Assembly (NCBI RefSeq): GCF_037042905.1
Contig: NC_087249.1
Location: forward strand, 9,798,001 to 9,862,000
Reading direction: 5' to 3'
Length of the DNA stretch: 64,000 bases
Source: Lytechinus pictus
Lineage: Eukaryota
Below the pieces are notes generated by a model, which was given only the letters and a program-made list of their open reading frames with translations, was not told where the DNA came from and did no database searches. The position numbers and the translations under genes were made by a program. The first letter of the stretch is position 1, and every line of letters begins with the position of its first letter. This document shows, in pieces, positions 12,930 to 26,797 of the stretch.

Positions 12930-15422
12930 TTTCAGATGTGAGTACACTATGACAGCCAAGACTAGGGCTATTTAAAAATTCGCTTAAACTGGAAGTTAGA
13001 AACTGATATTAGATATATATGTAAGTGATGTGACTGCAAAAAAAAAGAAAAAATATATTCATGTGTATAGTGTTGACTATATTGCTTGAATTTTGACATC
13101 TCATTCTAATACTGAATTCATGAATAAAAAAGAAAATGCCGTTTGCAGTATAATTGCTTTTGGTTTTCTGCTTACATGTACATGTAGGCAGTTCTTAAGA
13201 TTCAATTGATATTTTGGGGGTTATGTCAGCTTCTTCATTTACAGTATATTATTGGCAGCCAGCCTCTGGTAGTAAGATTGTAATTATGTGCTTGATGTAC
13301 GATTCAGTCATTAGAGCTGTACATTTTGGTTGGGCAGCCATGCAGTCTGTGACGTAGAAACCCCTGCTCTCATTTGAGTTCACACTGTATTCTAAATGTA
13401 TAGTCAGCATGCATCTCAAATAGAAATTTATGTTTCTTCTATTTTAAAGGGTTATTATTTTTTAGTGGATGAAGGGTAAATTGTCCACCTTGTGATTTTC
13501 TGCCGAGTACATGTATTTATCCTAGGTTCTTCATACTTTTTCACTACTATACACACAGGACTGTCTGTTTTTGTTTGAAAGTATGAAGCTACATACATAT
13601 ACATCGGTAGAAAACTAAAATAATTCTTATTGAATGCATTCTCTCCTTATTATCTACAATTAAATATAGATAAAACATGTACATAAAACATTGTGGATGG
13701 CATATAATTTTGCTTTGAAAAATAGACCTACACAAAAACCATGAACTCGTGAAAAACAACCAGAATAACTTGTTGATCTATTCGTGAGTGATGAGATTTT
13801 TGTGGAGATTGAATTCAAAATATTGGTTTAAGAGAACCTTACTGATCCTTTCTTATTGCCTCAGTAGCCTTGCTCGAAGGTGCTACATGTATAATATTAT
13901 GTTCTTTCCCATCTAGACTTTGGGTGAGACTTTTCAATAACCCATTAACCCTCATGCTTGATACATCATCTAATTGTATGACAAATAATATGAATGGTCA
14001 TTCATGGCTCTCAGATTTCAGGAACTGTCATGAAACCCTACACCCAGGATCAGTGTCGATGAGTGGGAGATGATGATGATAATGAGAATGATGGAAATAG
14101 AAGTAATGCCTTTTGGCCGGGCTGTATTTTACAATAGCAAAGAGGAAGTAAATCGAGACTTCTTCTCAAGTTTAGTGTCATCACAAGATCTTTGTGTTGC
14201 AAAAGCCTTTTCTCTCCTGCTTTTTCTCCATGGCAACGTGACTTCACCGGCTACGTTCTTTAAATGTCGGATGCTCAAGTTGAATCTCCAATGGTTTAAG
14301 TGGTTGGGAGGGTATGGGAGTTAACTTTTATCTTGGAGACTCCAGCAAGGAAGAAAAAGAAGAAAAGAGGAGCTATTTATGGCAACAAATAGCTGATTTT
14401 AGCTCTCTCTGAAATGCTAAATGTGACTATAATTCCTCTCAGGAAATGTTGTTATAATTTTAGCTCCTTTTCAATCCATCCATATTCAATCATTGTTATT
14501 GAACTTGTGCTTTTCTGCTCATGTTACATCATATCGCATGAGTGTAAATTTGTATTTATTGATGTCATTCACAAAGGGCTATTACCTTTGTTATATAAAT
14601 TTCAGAAATAATTATCTTGAGAAGGAATTCAAGTTACGAAAAGCTTTTGCATATTATGACCCAAATTGATAATCAATGGAAATCTGATGATTTTCATATG
14701 TAAAATATCTATCTACAGACTGAGATAATCTACTTCTGAGAACTGAGGGAAAGTTGCACAAATGAGATAAAGGAGAAGAAAAATCTGTTGATGAAATGAA
14801 AAAGTTATTTCAGAGTTTTTTTTCCCACTATTTGATCACTTGATAGCTGGTTTACTAAGCCAAGATTTAATGTGCCCATACATGTACATACAAGTTGAGG
14901 GGGGGGGGGGGCTCCATATGCATAGAGAAATATGATCTTGATACTTCGTCAAACTCATAAATGGTTACTTGAGCGATTCCATTTGACTCCAGGGTTCAGG
15001 GTTGATCTTCAAAACTTCTTAAACTGTTTGTTGCCTGCTCCGTAAAACATGGAACTTTTTTTTTCTTTAACTCTTGGACTGGTAGGTGCTGGTGAAATTG
15101 TAAACCATGCTGCGGCAGTTTAATCTGAGAGTTTGATGGGATATCTTGATGAATCTAAACATATTTGACTGAAATGGGGAGGCTCGCCTTCACCTTGGGT
15201 GCATTAGTGGCATTCTCTGCATTGCTGTACCCCACAGGCAGACAGGGGTCAAACGAGAGGAGGGCTGGTAGAATACTGGAGCTGGCAGTCAGTCTGCGAT
15301 CCAGTCAGCCACTGTTTTAAAACGGAGTGTGACATCCATGTCGTGATTTGCATGCTCAGACAATGAACATGAATTCAAATATCCATCATCATGCATCCTC
15401 TGTGAAGCATACATTCAGACCT

Positions 15423-16186
15423 GGTGGGTGTTTCATAAAGCTGTTCTTATAAAGTTAAGAGCGACTTTACAAACGACTGGTGATCTTTGTGGTAAATGGT
15501 ATTGAATTGGCGATTGTTTGTACAAAGAAGGGTTCACCAGTCATTCTTAATGTTGCTCTTAACTTAAAGGACAAGTCCACCCCAACCAAGAGTTGATTTT
15601 AATAAAAAGAGAAAAATCCAACCAGCTTAACGCTGAAAATTCCATCAAAATTGGATGTAAAATAAGAAAATTATGACATTTTAAAGTTTCGCTTAATTTC
15701 ACAAAAATAGTTATATGCACATCCTGGTCAGTATGAAAATGAGGAGACTGATGACGTCATCCATTTACTATTTCTTTTGTATTTCATTATATGAAATATT
15801 CTAATTTTCTCATTGTCAAGTGAAACAACAATGAATTCCTCTCTGAACATGTGGAATTAGCATTGTTTAATGCTATATGGTTCAGTCAAGTTGGTCCTTA
15901 TTGTCAAATCTGTAAAAAATGAAATATTGTATAATTCAAACAATAAAAAAACGAGAAATAGTGAGTGATGGACATCATCGACTGACTCATTTGCATGTCA
16001 CTTAGTTATGCATATCACTGTTTCGTGAAAAATAAGCGAAACTTTAAAATGCCATAACTTTCTTATTTTACATCCGATTTTGATGAAATTTGACGAAATG
16101 CTATTTTGATTTTTCTCTATTTATTCAGATTCACATTTTTCTGTGTTGGACTTGACCTTTAAGAACAGCTTTATGAAACGGCCCCC
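15423..16186. mobile_element. MITE family B copy interrupted by a family A insertion
   Basis: Both family B arms are present; the right arm is split at ctcttaacTTAA|...|TTAAgaacagc. Confidence 0.8.
15568..16158. mobile_element. Kolobok-like MITE family A (nested)
   Basis: TTAA|AGGACAAGTCCA...TGGACTTGACCT|TTAA. Confidence 0.88.
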
Positions 16187-17461
16187 TGGACTTGTATTAA
16201 ATCATGTAGAAGAAGAAACTCATGATATAGTTATTTTGGACTCAAGATTTTTTTATTAATTTTTTTTGGGGGCGGGCTCTATGCAGCAAACATGGAATTG
16301 AAAGGTTTTGGACCACAGCCACACACTTTAATAAATCTTTTTTTTTTAGGAGTAGTGTAATATATTACATGCAGGCAGGTAGCCCTGTCATGCCACTGTC
16401 ATAACATGCTGTTCTCCTTGACCACCGGTACATGTTTGTTTGGTGCTTTACTTTACATGTATACGTAAAAAGTTATTACTGAAATTAGTTTTTTATCCAG
16501 AATATTGAAAATTTATTTTGTTGTAATCTCAAAAGAGAAGTGTCATCTTTGTTGGAAGTGACACGACAGAACATCCCAGCGATATTGTGTAAATGAGTGA
16601 TATGCTCTGACTTTGCAAGATGTTGATTTTTTTCTGAGAGCATCGATCAACATCCATCTTGATTGGGGGTATGTACAGAGTAGGCCTAGTTGTTTTCCCA
16701 TACATCCTCAAGATATTGGGTCTGCCTATTCAATTTTCATGTTTGATTGAAGTGTTCATTGCCCTTACCTGGCTTGGCACGTCTCCCTCAAGTCTCCTTG
16801 GGGGAGAGTTTTGGCATGAAAAATTGATTGTTCGCTGCTCCCTTCACTTCAGAAACATACATCATTCCTGCAATCTCTGATATCTCTGGTGTAAGCAGCG
16901 AACGTTCGTGTCTCATGGGTGAGAACTGTTGTGTATATTGCTACTGGTGTGAGGGGGGACTGTCGTATCTCTAATACCTAAATGGATGCAAGATTATTAC
17001 ATGTAGCTCGATTTTATCCCTTTCCTCTAAACATTACTAAAATACACTCCCCTGTTTCTTTTATTCTTTATATTGCCCATGTTTGATACTACACAGAAAG
17101 CCCCTTTGCTTTGGTGGGAATCAATTTGGAGCTCCGCTTTTGATTAGGTTAGTCAGATGGGTGAAAGGTTATGGTTAATGTGAACTTGAGTGATCCTTGT
17201 TGGCCCCCTAGAAGTGTGCTGCTCAAGTCTTGTTTGTTTGCAGTGATGTCAAAATACAGACACCTTGAAGTGGGCCAGGCCTCGCTAAAACCCACACAGA
17301 TCCCATCAGAAATTCTGAGCCCTCTATCAGTGCGGTCTTGTAAAGCTTTACAAATATTTAGGAGCTTCTTTGGTCTTTCTATATCTATAGTGGCATGAAA
17401 ATACACCCGTCTTATAATCAGAATGAGAGAGTACAGATTCTTCCTTTTTTTATCACGTTAA

Positions 17462-18009
17462 AGGCCAAGTCCATCCCAGCAACAACTTGACTTGAATAGA
17501 CAGAAATCAAACTTTTACTGTGATTAAATTTTCTCCAAATTCGGATGTAAAACAAAATAAGAAATAATTGATATTTGGAACTTTCTTTTGATTTCACATA
17601 ACAGTCATTCAAAAGCCAGGCGGCATGCAAAATGGTAAAGTAGATGATATCCACTCACTATTTCTTTTTGTATTTTTTATATGAAATATTTAAATTTGTC
17701 TCATATTGTAAAACAGGATTTAATTCCTCTACATGTATGAACTTGTGGAATTGCTATAGCCATATATCACCTATTTTGATTCAATCATTCACTTTTGATG
17801 TATTATCAAATCCTGAAATTTATGAAAATGCAATAGAAATGGTGTGTGTCATCATCAACCATCATTTGCATGTCACCTATTAAGTGCATATAACTGTTTT
17901 GTGAAAATAACATAACTTTGAAATATCACAACTTTCTGTATTTGATCAAGATTTCTCTTGATTTATTCAAACATATCTGTGCAGGGGTCAGTGAGGGTGA
18001 ACTTGACCT
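17462..18009. mobile_element. Degenerate family A MITE
   Basis: TTAA|AGGCCAAGTCCA...ACTTGACCT|TTAA; internal motifs shared with family A. Confidence 0.65.
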
Positions 18010-19080
18010 TTAATACATGTACCTCCATGTAGCAAGGCTATCAGTACAATGTGCTTTTTATTCTCTTTTCCTTGATTTTTTTTCTTCAAAAATCAAGATT
18101 TGGTAGCCTGTGGGCTGGCATGGTTAGAAAATGTTACCACAGGAGCTTGACAAAGATCAATGCAAACTTGTTTACAATGCAAGTAACATTTTGTTCTTGA
18201 TGTGAAATTGTTGCAATCAATAATGGCTTGTGGTACCTCTCGCTGTGGACTTGTTTCTTTCCAGACAAATAATCGTTTCATATACCTGAAGAGATACAGG
18301 GCCAATATAGACCATTAGATTTAAGTGTTTTTTTTTTAATAATATTCTTTTTAGGAAGCAAATGAGGAATCTTCAAGATGATTGAAAGGAGTTGCAGTAA
18401 ACACTGATTTGAAGAGAAAGTCTGTAAAACCAAATTAATTGTCACTCTGTTATTGTGGATCTAGATGAACTTAACTTTGTGAAATCTGAGCTAAAAAATA
18501 TCATACTGTGGATCGTGAACAGAGATGCATACATGTATGTGGTACAGTGTATTGTTTTTGGCTTGGAAATATACCCGAATTTTATCCCATACTTCTTTTG
18601 CTAATGTCTCGGCAATTACACAATTTCTTCCTGAATCCTTGGGCACATATTCTTTGTTTTTGCAAACAGACACTTGGATGGTACTTTTCTTGTATGAACT
18701 AATTTTGACATCGTTACTACAAACAACATTTTTCTTTAAAAGTATACAGATTTGGGTATTATACTTTTTTTGTGAATAATGTGTTTGTATGTATTTTATA
18801 GGCCTACACAAAAATGAATATTAATGATACAACTGTTTGCCTTAATTATTATACAGTGTAATGGCTAAGAGACATATTAAGTCACTGACATTCTGGCTCT
18901 TGAGCAAACTGACAGAATGCGTACCTGCGCAATCGAAGAAACTACCACGAGAGAGAGAGAGAGAGTGTGTATCTTGCTGTGTAAATAGAGGAAAAGAAAC
19001 ATATGACATGTACATGTAGGTCACCACCATGATTTGTACATGTGGAGCTTAGCAGCCCTTTGTAAATGGAATACTCTATA

Positions 19081-19603
19081 GGGCCGTCTGCACCATCCCG
19101 AAGTTTCAAATTAGCGCGCTATTTCTGATCCGGCAAATTATCCCGATCTGAAAAATCTCGAGATAGTTGGCGGTGCAGACGCAATTATCGCGCTAGTTCG
19201 TAGGATTAATCTCGAGATTGCAATCCCAAGTCAACTCGGGTTTATTTGCAAAATAGCGCGCTATTTTACGAATTATCCCGCTAATTCGTCGGTGCAGACG
19301 CACTCGAGATTGGACTCGGGGTAATTTATTCATGACGTCAGTCCATAATGCAATTCGCGTGCCACTTCCGCCTTGGTCAAAACATAAACACGTGCGAAAG
19401 TCAACTTTATACCTGCGAATAGCGTTCATAAGCAACGATGGTGTCCCCACCAGTGAATGGATTTTGGGAGAGACCCCGGGAGAGACCAGACCGAAGGGGG
19501 AGGCGCTCATCGCATCGACGATGGTCATATTCAATAACAACACTGACAGCAGTGTTGTCTTATTCCTTCGCAAAATGTGAGCAAATAGCATTTCTTTCCT
19601 CCT

Positions 19604-19634
<31 letters not shown>

Positions 19635-19990
19635 GTCGTTGCCTCCTACTCCGCCATCATATTTCACGAAGAATACATCACTTCTTCACTCGCTGAGCTG
19701 AAAGGATTGTTGCATAACACCGGTTGAATTCGGCGAAAGTACTAGTGAAAGGATCAGGAGTTCATTGCTTGCATATCGCGGGAAGTTATTCAAAAGCGCG
19801 GGCCGTTGAAACTCCAAGATCCGAAAGTGCGCATGCCCGGAATATCGGGCTTGTTGCCTCGCTCGAGCAGATATAGCTCCTCGTGGGATGGTGCAGACGG
19901 GGTTTCTTGAATCTCGAGATTAATCGCGAAGAGGGCTGATCGGGCTAAAATCTCGAGATTGAGCAAACTCGGGATGGTGCAGCACCGCCT
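19081..19990. mobile_element. GC-rich non-autonomous DNA transposon (PIF/Harbinger-like, tentative)
   Basis: TIR GGGCCGTCTGCACCATCCCGAAGTTT / AAACTCGGGATGGTGCAGCACCGCCT, TATA at both flanks, repeated subterminal GGTGCAGACG and CTCGAGAT motifs, internal (CT)n. Confidence 0.8.
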
Positions 19991-22464
19991 TATAACACTA
20001 ATATTTACCTTCTTCATAAACCCTTTAAGCTGCTTATTCCACTTTCACATTTGCAGCTTCTAGCAGTGATTGTGGCGGGGGAATCAACTGACGTAGCATA
20101 ATATCTTGCACCTCCAGTGTAATAGTAGTGCAGTCTGCAGCTTAATTTCCATCTTGCGTGTAAAGAGTTTTCGTTCTGCCTTTGACTTAGTGATTTCAAA
20201 TATACACAATAAGTACACGTAGCTTTGATTTATTAAATAGGCAGTGAGAATTGAACGAAATTAAATGAAGTTGGAACTGTGGAAGGACACGACATTTGGA
20301 TATTTACATTTATGCCTACATTTTGTACATGGATGTATGAACCTTTCTCTGTGCATGTACATATGTACATTGAGGCCTACATGTATACTCTGTGATTCAC
20401 ACTCCTGTCAGTGCCCTCGCGTAGAACCCTTGCGTAGAGCATCGGCAGCAGCATCTATTGACGGTGTTCTTGCATTGGTTTGTGTACATCTTTAGCTGTG
20501 CTGGGAGCCTGAAGAGGGATGCGTGATTGATTGCATTGGATTGGATTTGTGAGAATCTCATTGATCCTGACAGGGTTAATGGGAACTGCAAACAATACAT
20601 GTACATCCGCAGAAAGTTACCAATTCAAATCATAGGCCTTGCACTACACTCCCCCTCTTGCTCCGAATGAGGTCCTTCTTTTTTCGGGGAACAATCGATT
20701 GGGTATCATTGCTGGAATCGATTCCCTGCTGCTTTAGTGGCAACAACACCACCGCCACCACGCTGGCCTGGCCGAAACAGTCTCATGAATGGAGTCAGTG
20801 ACAGTTGAACAAACAGGCATTGTTTACAGGGCAAGTCTCTTTGTAAAGACGGGGACAATGGTGATCACTTGAGAGGATTGCGTCTAAACAGTTGGACATA
20901 AGAGGTATACAATGGAGCTACCTGGCCAACCATGCATGCACGACTCAAAGGGATATTAAAAAAGAGGAATTAAGCATGGAGTTGTTACTGATTGAAGGAT
21001 GACTTCTCTGTTTTCTTTAATCGCTCTACTTAAAATTCTTGGACTATATACATGTACACAGTGGGATCGTTGTTGTTGACATGGTCTTGACTTGTGTTCT
21101 GAGGCCCTGAAGAGAAGGAATTATTTGTGTACATTTATTTAACTTACTATGGGTAGATATGATTTATTCATTTTAAAGATAAGTTTATTGAGGCATTTGA
21201 AAATAATCAATTGTGAATTCATGATTATATTTATAGATGTAAGTCATTATGTTTATTTTGAAGAAAAAAAACCCAAAACATATAAGTTTAGGCTTAACCG
21301 GGCCGGCCGGTGGGGGTGAAAACAAAACAAAAAACATACCTTCACTAGAAGTTGTTGAGATTTCGCGTTTTGTATCTCTACGTCCATAAAATGACCATCT
21401 AGATTCCATATTTTCTTGTAATTGTTTTTATTTAGTTGGAAATGATCAAGAAAAGGAAGAATGTTCACTTCTTTCCTGGCACAGATACTAAATTATTCTC
21501 AAGGAGGGATTGACAAGAGATGAGTTTACACACATCAAATATAGCAAATTTTCATCACATTTTATTTCATGCCATACGCTCTTGACACATGAAGGAATAG
21601 CACGCTGTACGTTATTGATGGTATTACCCCATTTGTAAAAGTTCAGTGTGAAGGTTCAGTGTTGAGCAGGTGGAGGTAGAACAGCTATAACAGCCTGGTT
21701 TCCTGTGTGTAGTCTCCACTGTGCAACTGTTATTTCTTGTTGACGTATCTTATAGCTCTGTCATCTCAAGCCAATAATTCAATTCGACAAACCGGAATGG
21801 AAGTGTGTATTCAAGTATTCAATTCTATCAGTTTATAGAATAAAAAAAATTGACAACATTTGATGAGAAACTAACTGAAAGAAAGTTTTGTTTTGAGGGA
21901 TTGAGTTTAATATGAAAGGAACTCTTGCGATAGGAGCTTGATTAATTTCATCTCTGTCTAGAAAGGCAAACAATGGTAAAATCACAGGAAAGTGGCAATA
22001 TTGGAGTAATCTTTTCCTAATTGATACAGCATGTGCTTGGTTATCGGCCCACTCTTCACAAAGTTTCCATTGGTGAAAGCGGTAGACCCTCCTGAAGTGT
22101 AATTGATGTATCAATCAAGCTCGGATCTCTTGTAGAGAGAGAGAGAGAGAGAAGGGGGGGGGGGGCAGAAAGCTTCTTGCCTGACACTGGTGACTGCGCA
22201 GATATGAAAACAGTTGCACGACTGTGACATGATCATACAGATTCCACTTCTCTGCATGCCCATGTCCTGTCCGCACATGAAGGAGTTACAGTATCGGTGG
22301 CAAGACATCTCATGCAGAGAGGAATAATGCACCATAACTTTTATATGTAGGGCTGTAAATGTACATGTAGTTTATACCAAGTATATAGGGACTACAAGTA
22401 GTAGTCACTTGATAGCATTTTGACATTCTGAAACAAGTCAAGAATTGTCACATCAAATACCTCG

Positions 22465-22680
22465 AAGGTGTTTCACAAAGAGGTACATACATGTATGACT
22501 TTAATAGTCATGAATGTTGATGCGCACAGAATGTAATGCACAATTTTGTCAATTAAATTGCAGTAGCGTGCGTCCTCTTGGCATGATTTGACCAATGCGG
22601 TGAAACCTTTTACACGCCATGCAACTGGGAATTCAAGTGCGACTCTTTAAGTCGCACTTTAATCCTTGTGAAACGCCCCC
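22465..22680. mobile_element. Degenerate MITE related to the 53274 element
   Basis: Inverted ends GGTGTTTCACAAAG ... CCTTGTGAAACGCC; internal similarity to 53274-53558. Confidence 0.55.
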
Positions 22681-22945
22681 CTACATTAGTCCGGTAATTG
22701 TGCAGTAGAGCGTGTTAGACGGGCTACTGCGATACAGTGAGTTGTAATGTAAGGCAGTTTTGCTGAGATTTGCTGAGATACTCATTTTGAAAATAAATGT
22801 ATTGTTGTACATGAATGATGCATGTACATGCGATATACATTTCGTGTGATGTATAAACCTCATCAATAAGGGCCTACAACTTTTGATATTTTCTTTTATT
22901 CTCTATTTTGATTAATTATTATGTTTTCTCATTGTCCACTTGCAG

Positions 22946-23245
22946 GAAAGACTAACAAGCATGGTGAAGACATAATCAAGAAATCAATTTCTGCAGCCTT
23001 TGTGCCTATTTTTCTGTGAACCCAGGATACATAATACGTGCGAGCCGCTTTCCTTCAACCAGGAGGTTCCAGCTAATACGGTCTTTAATGATTACACCAG
23101 TGTTGAGGAATACGAGGTATAAAAGAAAACTCACGCCCTGCCAGTTGCAGCAGACTGGAATAAAGGATTTAGCCCGGCCAGAACTCGACGGACCGACCCC
23201 CGGCTACCACCACTAGCGCTGGCTGGACTTCTGAAAGAAACCAGC
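22946..23245 (+). other. mef2: 5' UTR portion of the first coding exon
   Basis: Pyrimidine tract and acceptor ttttctcattgtccacttgcag end at 22945, 300 nt before the ATG. This implies a non-coding exon further upstream. Confidence 0.6.
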
Positions 23246-23299
23246 ATGGGTCGCAAGAAGATTCAGATTTCAAGAATCAACGATGAGAGGAATAGACAG
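23246..23299 (+). CDS. mef2: MEF2 coding exon 1, MADS-box N-terminus (MGRKKIQISRINDERNRQ)
   Basis: ATG in agcATGg context; 54 nt; donor cag|GTGGGT at 23300. Canonical MEF2 N-terminus and intron position. Missed by the ORF track. Confidence 0.97.
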
Positions 23300-24327
23300 G
23301 TGGGTGTCATCCTGCACCGAGGCTAGTCTCCACATGGAGACCTCGGCCTCTTGTGTGGGGGAAACTGGGTCAAACTTGCGATAGGTCCACGGTTTTAGCA
23401 AATGAAATCCGTACGTTTGCCTGAAACTTGAATGCAAATACATGTATGTCAGAACAAAGAAAGACAGAGATCAATGGGTGCAGCTGATTTTTAACTGAAA
23501 GCTAGACTTATGGCAATAATTGAAAAGGAGAAAATGATAATAGAGGATTTTTGTGTTCAACTCTACAGAGCAAAGAGAGAGTGAGAGAAAAGGAGACATG
23601 CTTTGTTAAAAGTGGAAAATTTTGTTCCAGAATCATGTTTACAAGAGAGATTTTTGTTAGTGGTTACTTACATGTAGGAAAGAACCATCATGGTTTTAAG
23701 AGATATCTAGGTTAGAACTTATATGTATAATTTGTTAATTATACATTTATTCTTGACTGACAAAACACCAATCCAAAGTCTTGCTGAAGATATAGTTTGA
23801 ATTATAATGCCAGAAGCACCGTTTCTAGAATTGATTGAGTGCAAGTGAGATTGCAATGAGCTTTTCAAGGTTATTGCATTGTCCAGCAGTTGTAGTCTTT
23901 TATCAAAGAGTGTCCAAAGCATATGCTGAGGTTGACCTATATTACTGATTGGAAACTGCTGTATTCTGTGTGCAAAATGAAAGCAAAATGCAAATGAACA
24001 TTGTTGGAAAATGACATGAATGTTCTCCCAATGAACTGATAGTACAAAACACTATTTTGTATCATTCATATTTTGAGTTTATTAAAATTTGTCTAAAAAT
24101 CCAATAAAAGATATATGCACAGATACTAGAGTATATCCTAATTTTTATCAAATACGGATCAAGGCACAATTAATCCTGATTCCAAGCAATTGAATAAATA
24201 TCTAAATGGAAGAATGACACTTGCACATTTAATTTTGCAATTACTTAACCCATCCCTGCATTAATAGACAAAATGATAAACGTGTTTCAAATACTGCAAT
24301 GTACATGGTTATATGCATTTGTAATGG

Positions 24328-24617
24328 GTGACGACATTTGCTCCGGCCACAATTGCTCCTGGCTTTACTTCGGCTAAGATATAGGATTATGGTAGCAATA
24401 GGGTTTTTTGATGGTGACTTTTTTTTACCCGATTGCTATCAAAGAAAGCATGAATGCTTGGAAGCAAGCAACCAGAGGACTGACAACTTAAGGTCCTCTC
24501 CGAAGGACCTGGTAATAAGAATAAATGCCTTTAATACCAAAGGCTGAAATTGGTCATTCCATTAATTTGTGGAATTTGCAGCGGAGCAGTTGTCGCCGGA
24601 GCAAGTGTCATGGAACC
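24328..24617. mobile_element. MITE-like element
   Basis: Inverted ends GACATTTGCTCCGGCCACAATTGCTCC / GGAGCAGTTGTCGCCGGAGCAAGTGTC. Confidence 0.55.
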
Positions 24618-24814
24618 TTCGTAATGTACCCATTCTGGTGAGCCATGTTGGTATTGATGGGGTATATTTTTATTGTGATAGTGATGATTGTTTACCTTAA
24701 TTGTTGGATTACATAGGCCTACACATGAAGCATGTTGATCAGCGTAAGAAATACATGAGGCCGATCCTCATGACAAATCGCTTTGCTTTGCTTTTTAAAA
24801 GGCGAAAATTCTTT

Positions 24815-25010
24815 CTGTTGCCCCAAGATCTGTCACAAACAATATTCAAGATTATTTTGAAAATTAATATTCTAACTATGGCAGAAAAATGTTTTTTTTG
24901 CTTTTACTGCATAATTGCTTGTTACCGCTTAAAAGTAGCCCTTAAAATGAAAGAAATAGCCCCCAACATACTGCAATCACCTCAACGTGGGAAAAAAAGA
25001 TAGCCCATAA
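24815..25010 (-). mobile_element. Fragment of the element at 59162, inverted
   Basis: Reverse-complement similarity, e.g. GTTGCCCCAAGATCTGTCA and TTTACTGCATAATTGCTTGTTACC. Confidence 0.7.
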
Positions 25011-25773
25011 AAATGAAAATGATTTCCTACTCCGATGTTAAGAGGACATTATTTAAAGAAAACCACTTCTTGGTAATTTGTATTGTGCAAATAAAAATCA
25101 GAATTGCCCAGATGCATGGAACAGGGAAGCTTGGGGTCGCCGCCTCAAAGACTGTGCCTGTTGTTTTGATAAATTTATTCCACTATTGATGTACAATTAA
25201 CATCTCCGGCGCATTGAACGCCCTATTCTCCATGCCGGTTAAGTGAAATTGATGTCTTGTGCCCCCAAGTATTATCAGCTCCCTTGTGACGTCACTGGAA
25301 ACTCGATAGCCTGTTTACCAGTGCACATCTGAGTTTTGGGGGTAGATATCTACCTTTTGGACCCAAGTATCGTAGAGAGGACATGTACATTGTAGAGAGT
25401 GATGCCATCAAAGATGTGTTTTCCCCCTTCTTTAGTTTCATCTCCCCACACTATTCATTACCTGGTACTGAACCTGGACTCTCTATTGATGGGTTTGGGT
25501 CACCAAGGATCTGGGGATTCGGTTTAAAGGAAAGATGTTAAAGAGAATGGGTGGGAGGATGACCGTTGCATCGTGTATCATAGCAGCTGCGTGAATGATA
25601 TGCATTCTATTTTTGTAATTATAGCGATATAGATACTTTTTAAATGTCAGCTTTTTTGAGGAGATGAGGAGTTTTACTTCATATTAGATCAATCATTAGG
25701 ACAACCCAGTCGAGATCACGGAGGGGATAGGAGGGTGATAGTTATGGAGCTTGGGCAAATTGTGCAGATCCTT

Positions 25774-26039
25774 GGCCCTGTCTTACAAAGAGTTGCGATT
25801 GATCCGATCAATTACAACTATGCATGGCCATTAATGTCAACATCAAAAATGCAAATTCGTTTAAAATATTTTCTAGATACAATGTATATTCATACATTCA
25901 TCATTCTCTTGTAGATTCAGTGTGATTCTCTTTGTTTACTAAGGAAATTGTGCAAATTTCCTGTAGAAAAAATGATGGTATGGATGGATTTCCATACAGT
26001 TGAGATTGATTGGATCAATTGTAACTCTTTTCGGGGCCC
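25774..26039. mobile_element. MITE family G
   Basis: GGCCCTGTCTTACAAAGAGTT.. terminus; inverted homologue at 52250-52527. Confidence 0.75.
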
Positions 26040-26419
26040 TGGTCATCAATGGTTAACTGCCGAAATCCAAATGTTTCATGATACACATTTTCCATCACTA
26101 TACCAATGTCACTTACTTTCATCACTCTTCCTTCATGTTGGTTTATTTAAAATGCCAAGTCTGGAAGATTCTGAATGGCTGAAATTTCAGCAGGACAGAT
26201 TTTCTTGGCAATCTTTTTTTTTTCAAACTCATGTGCACTCTCCGATTGAGACTATCAATTACCCAAGATGCTTTGTTCTGTCATTTTCTTCACCAATTCT
26301 TATTTTTCAAATGTAATGCCAAGAATGGCAAAAGAGGAGGACAAGAGAAAAACCACTCTGTGTTTGTAGCAGTCCCTTCAACTCTGTACTAGTACATGTA
26401 TGTTATCGAATTAGGGTGA

Positions 26420-26797
<378 letters not shown>

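Noticed and set aside
19193..19701. Overlapping ORFs as a transposase
   Set aside because: Short, no DDE or Myb-like similarity recognisable, and they run into a (CT)n tract.
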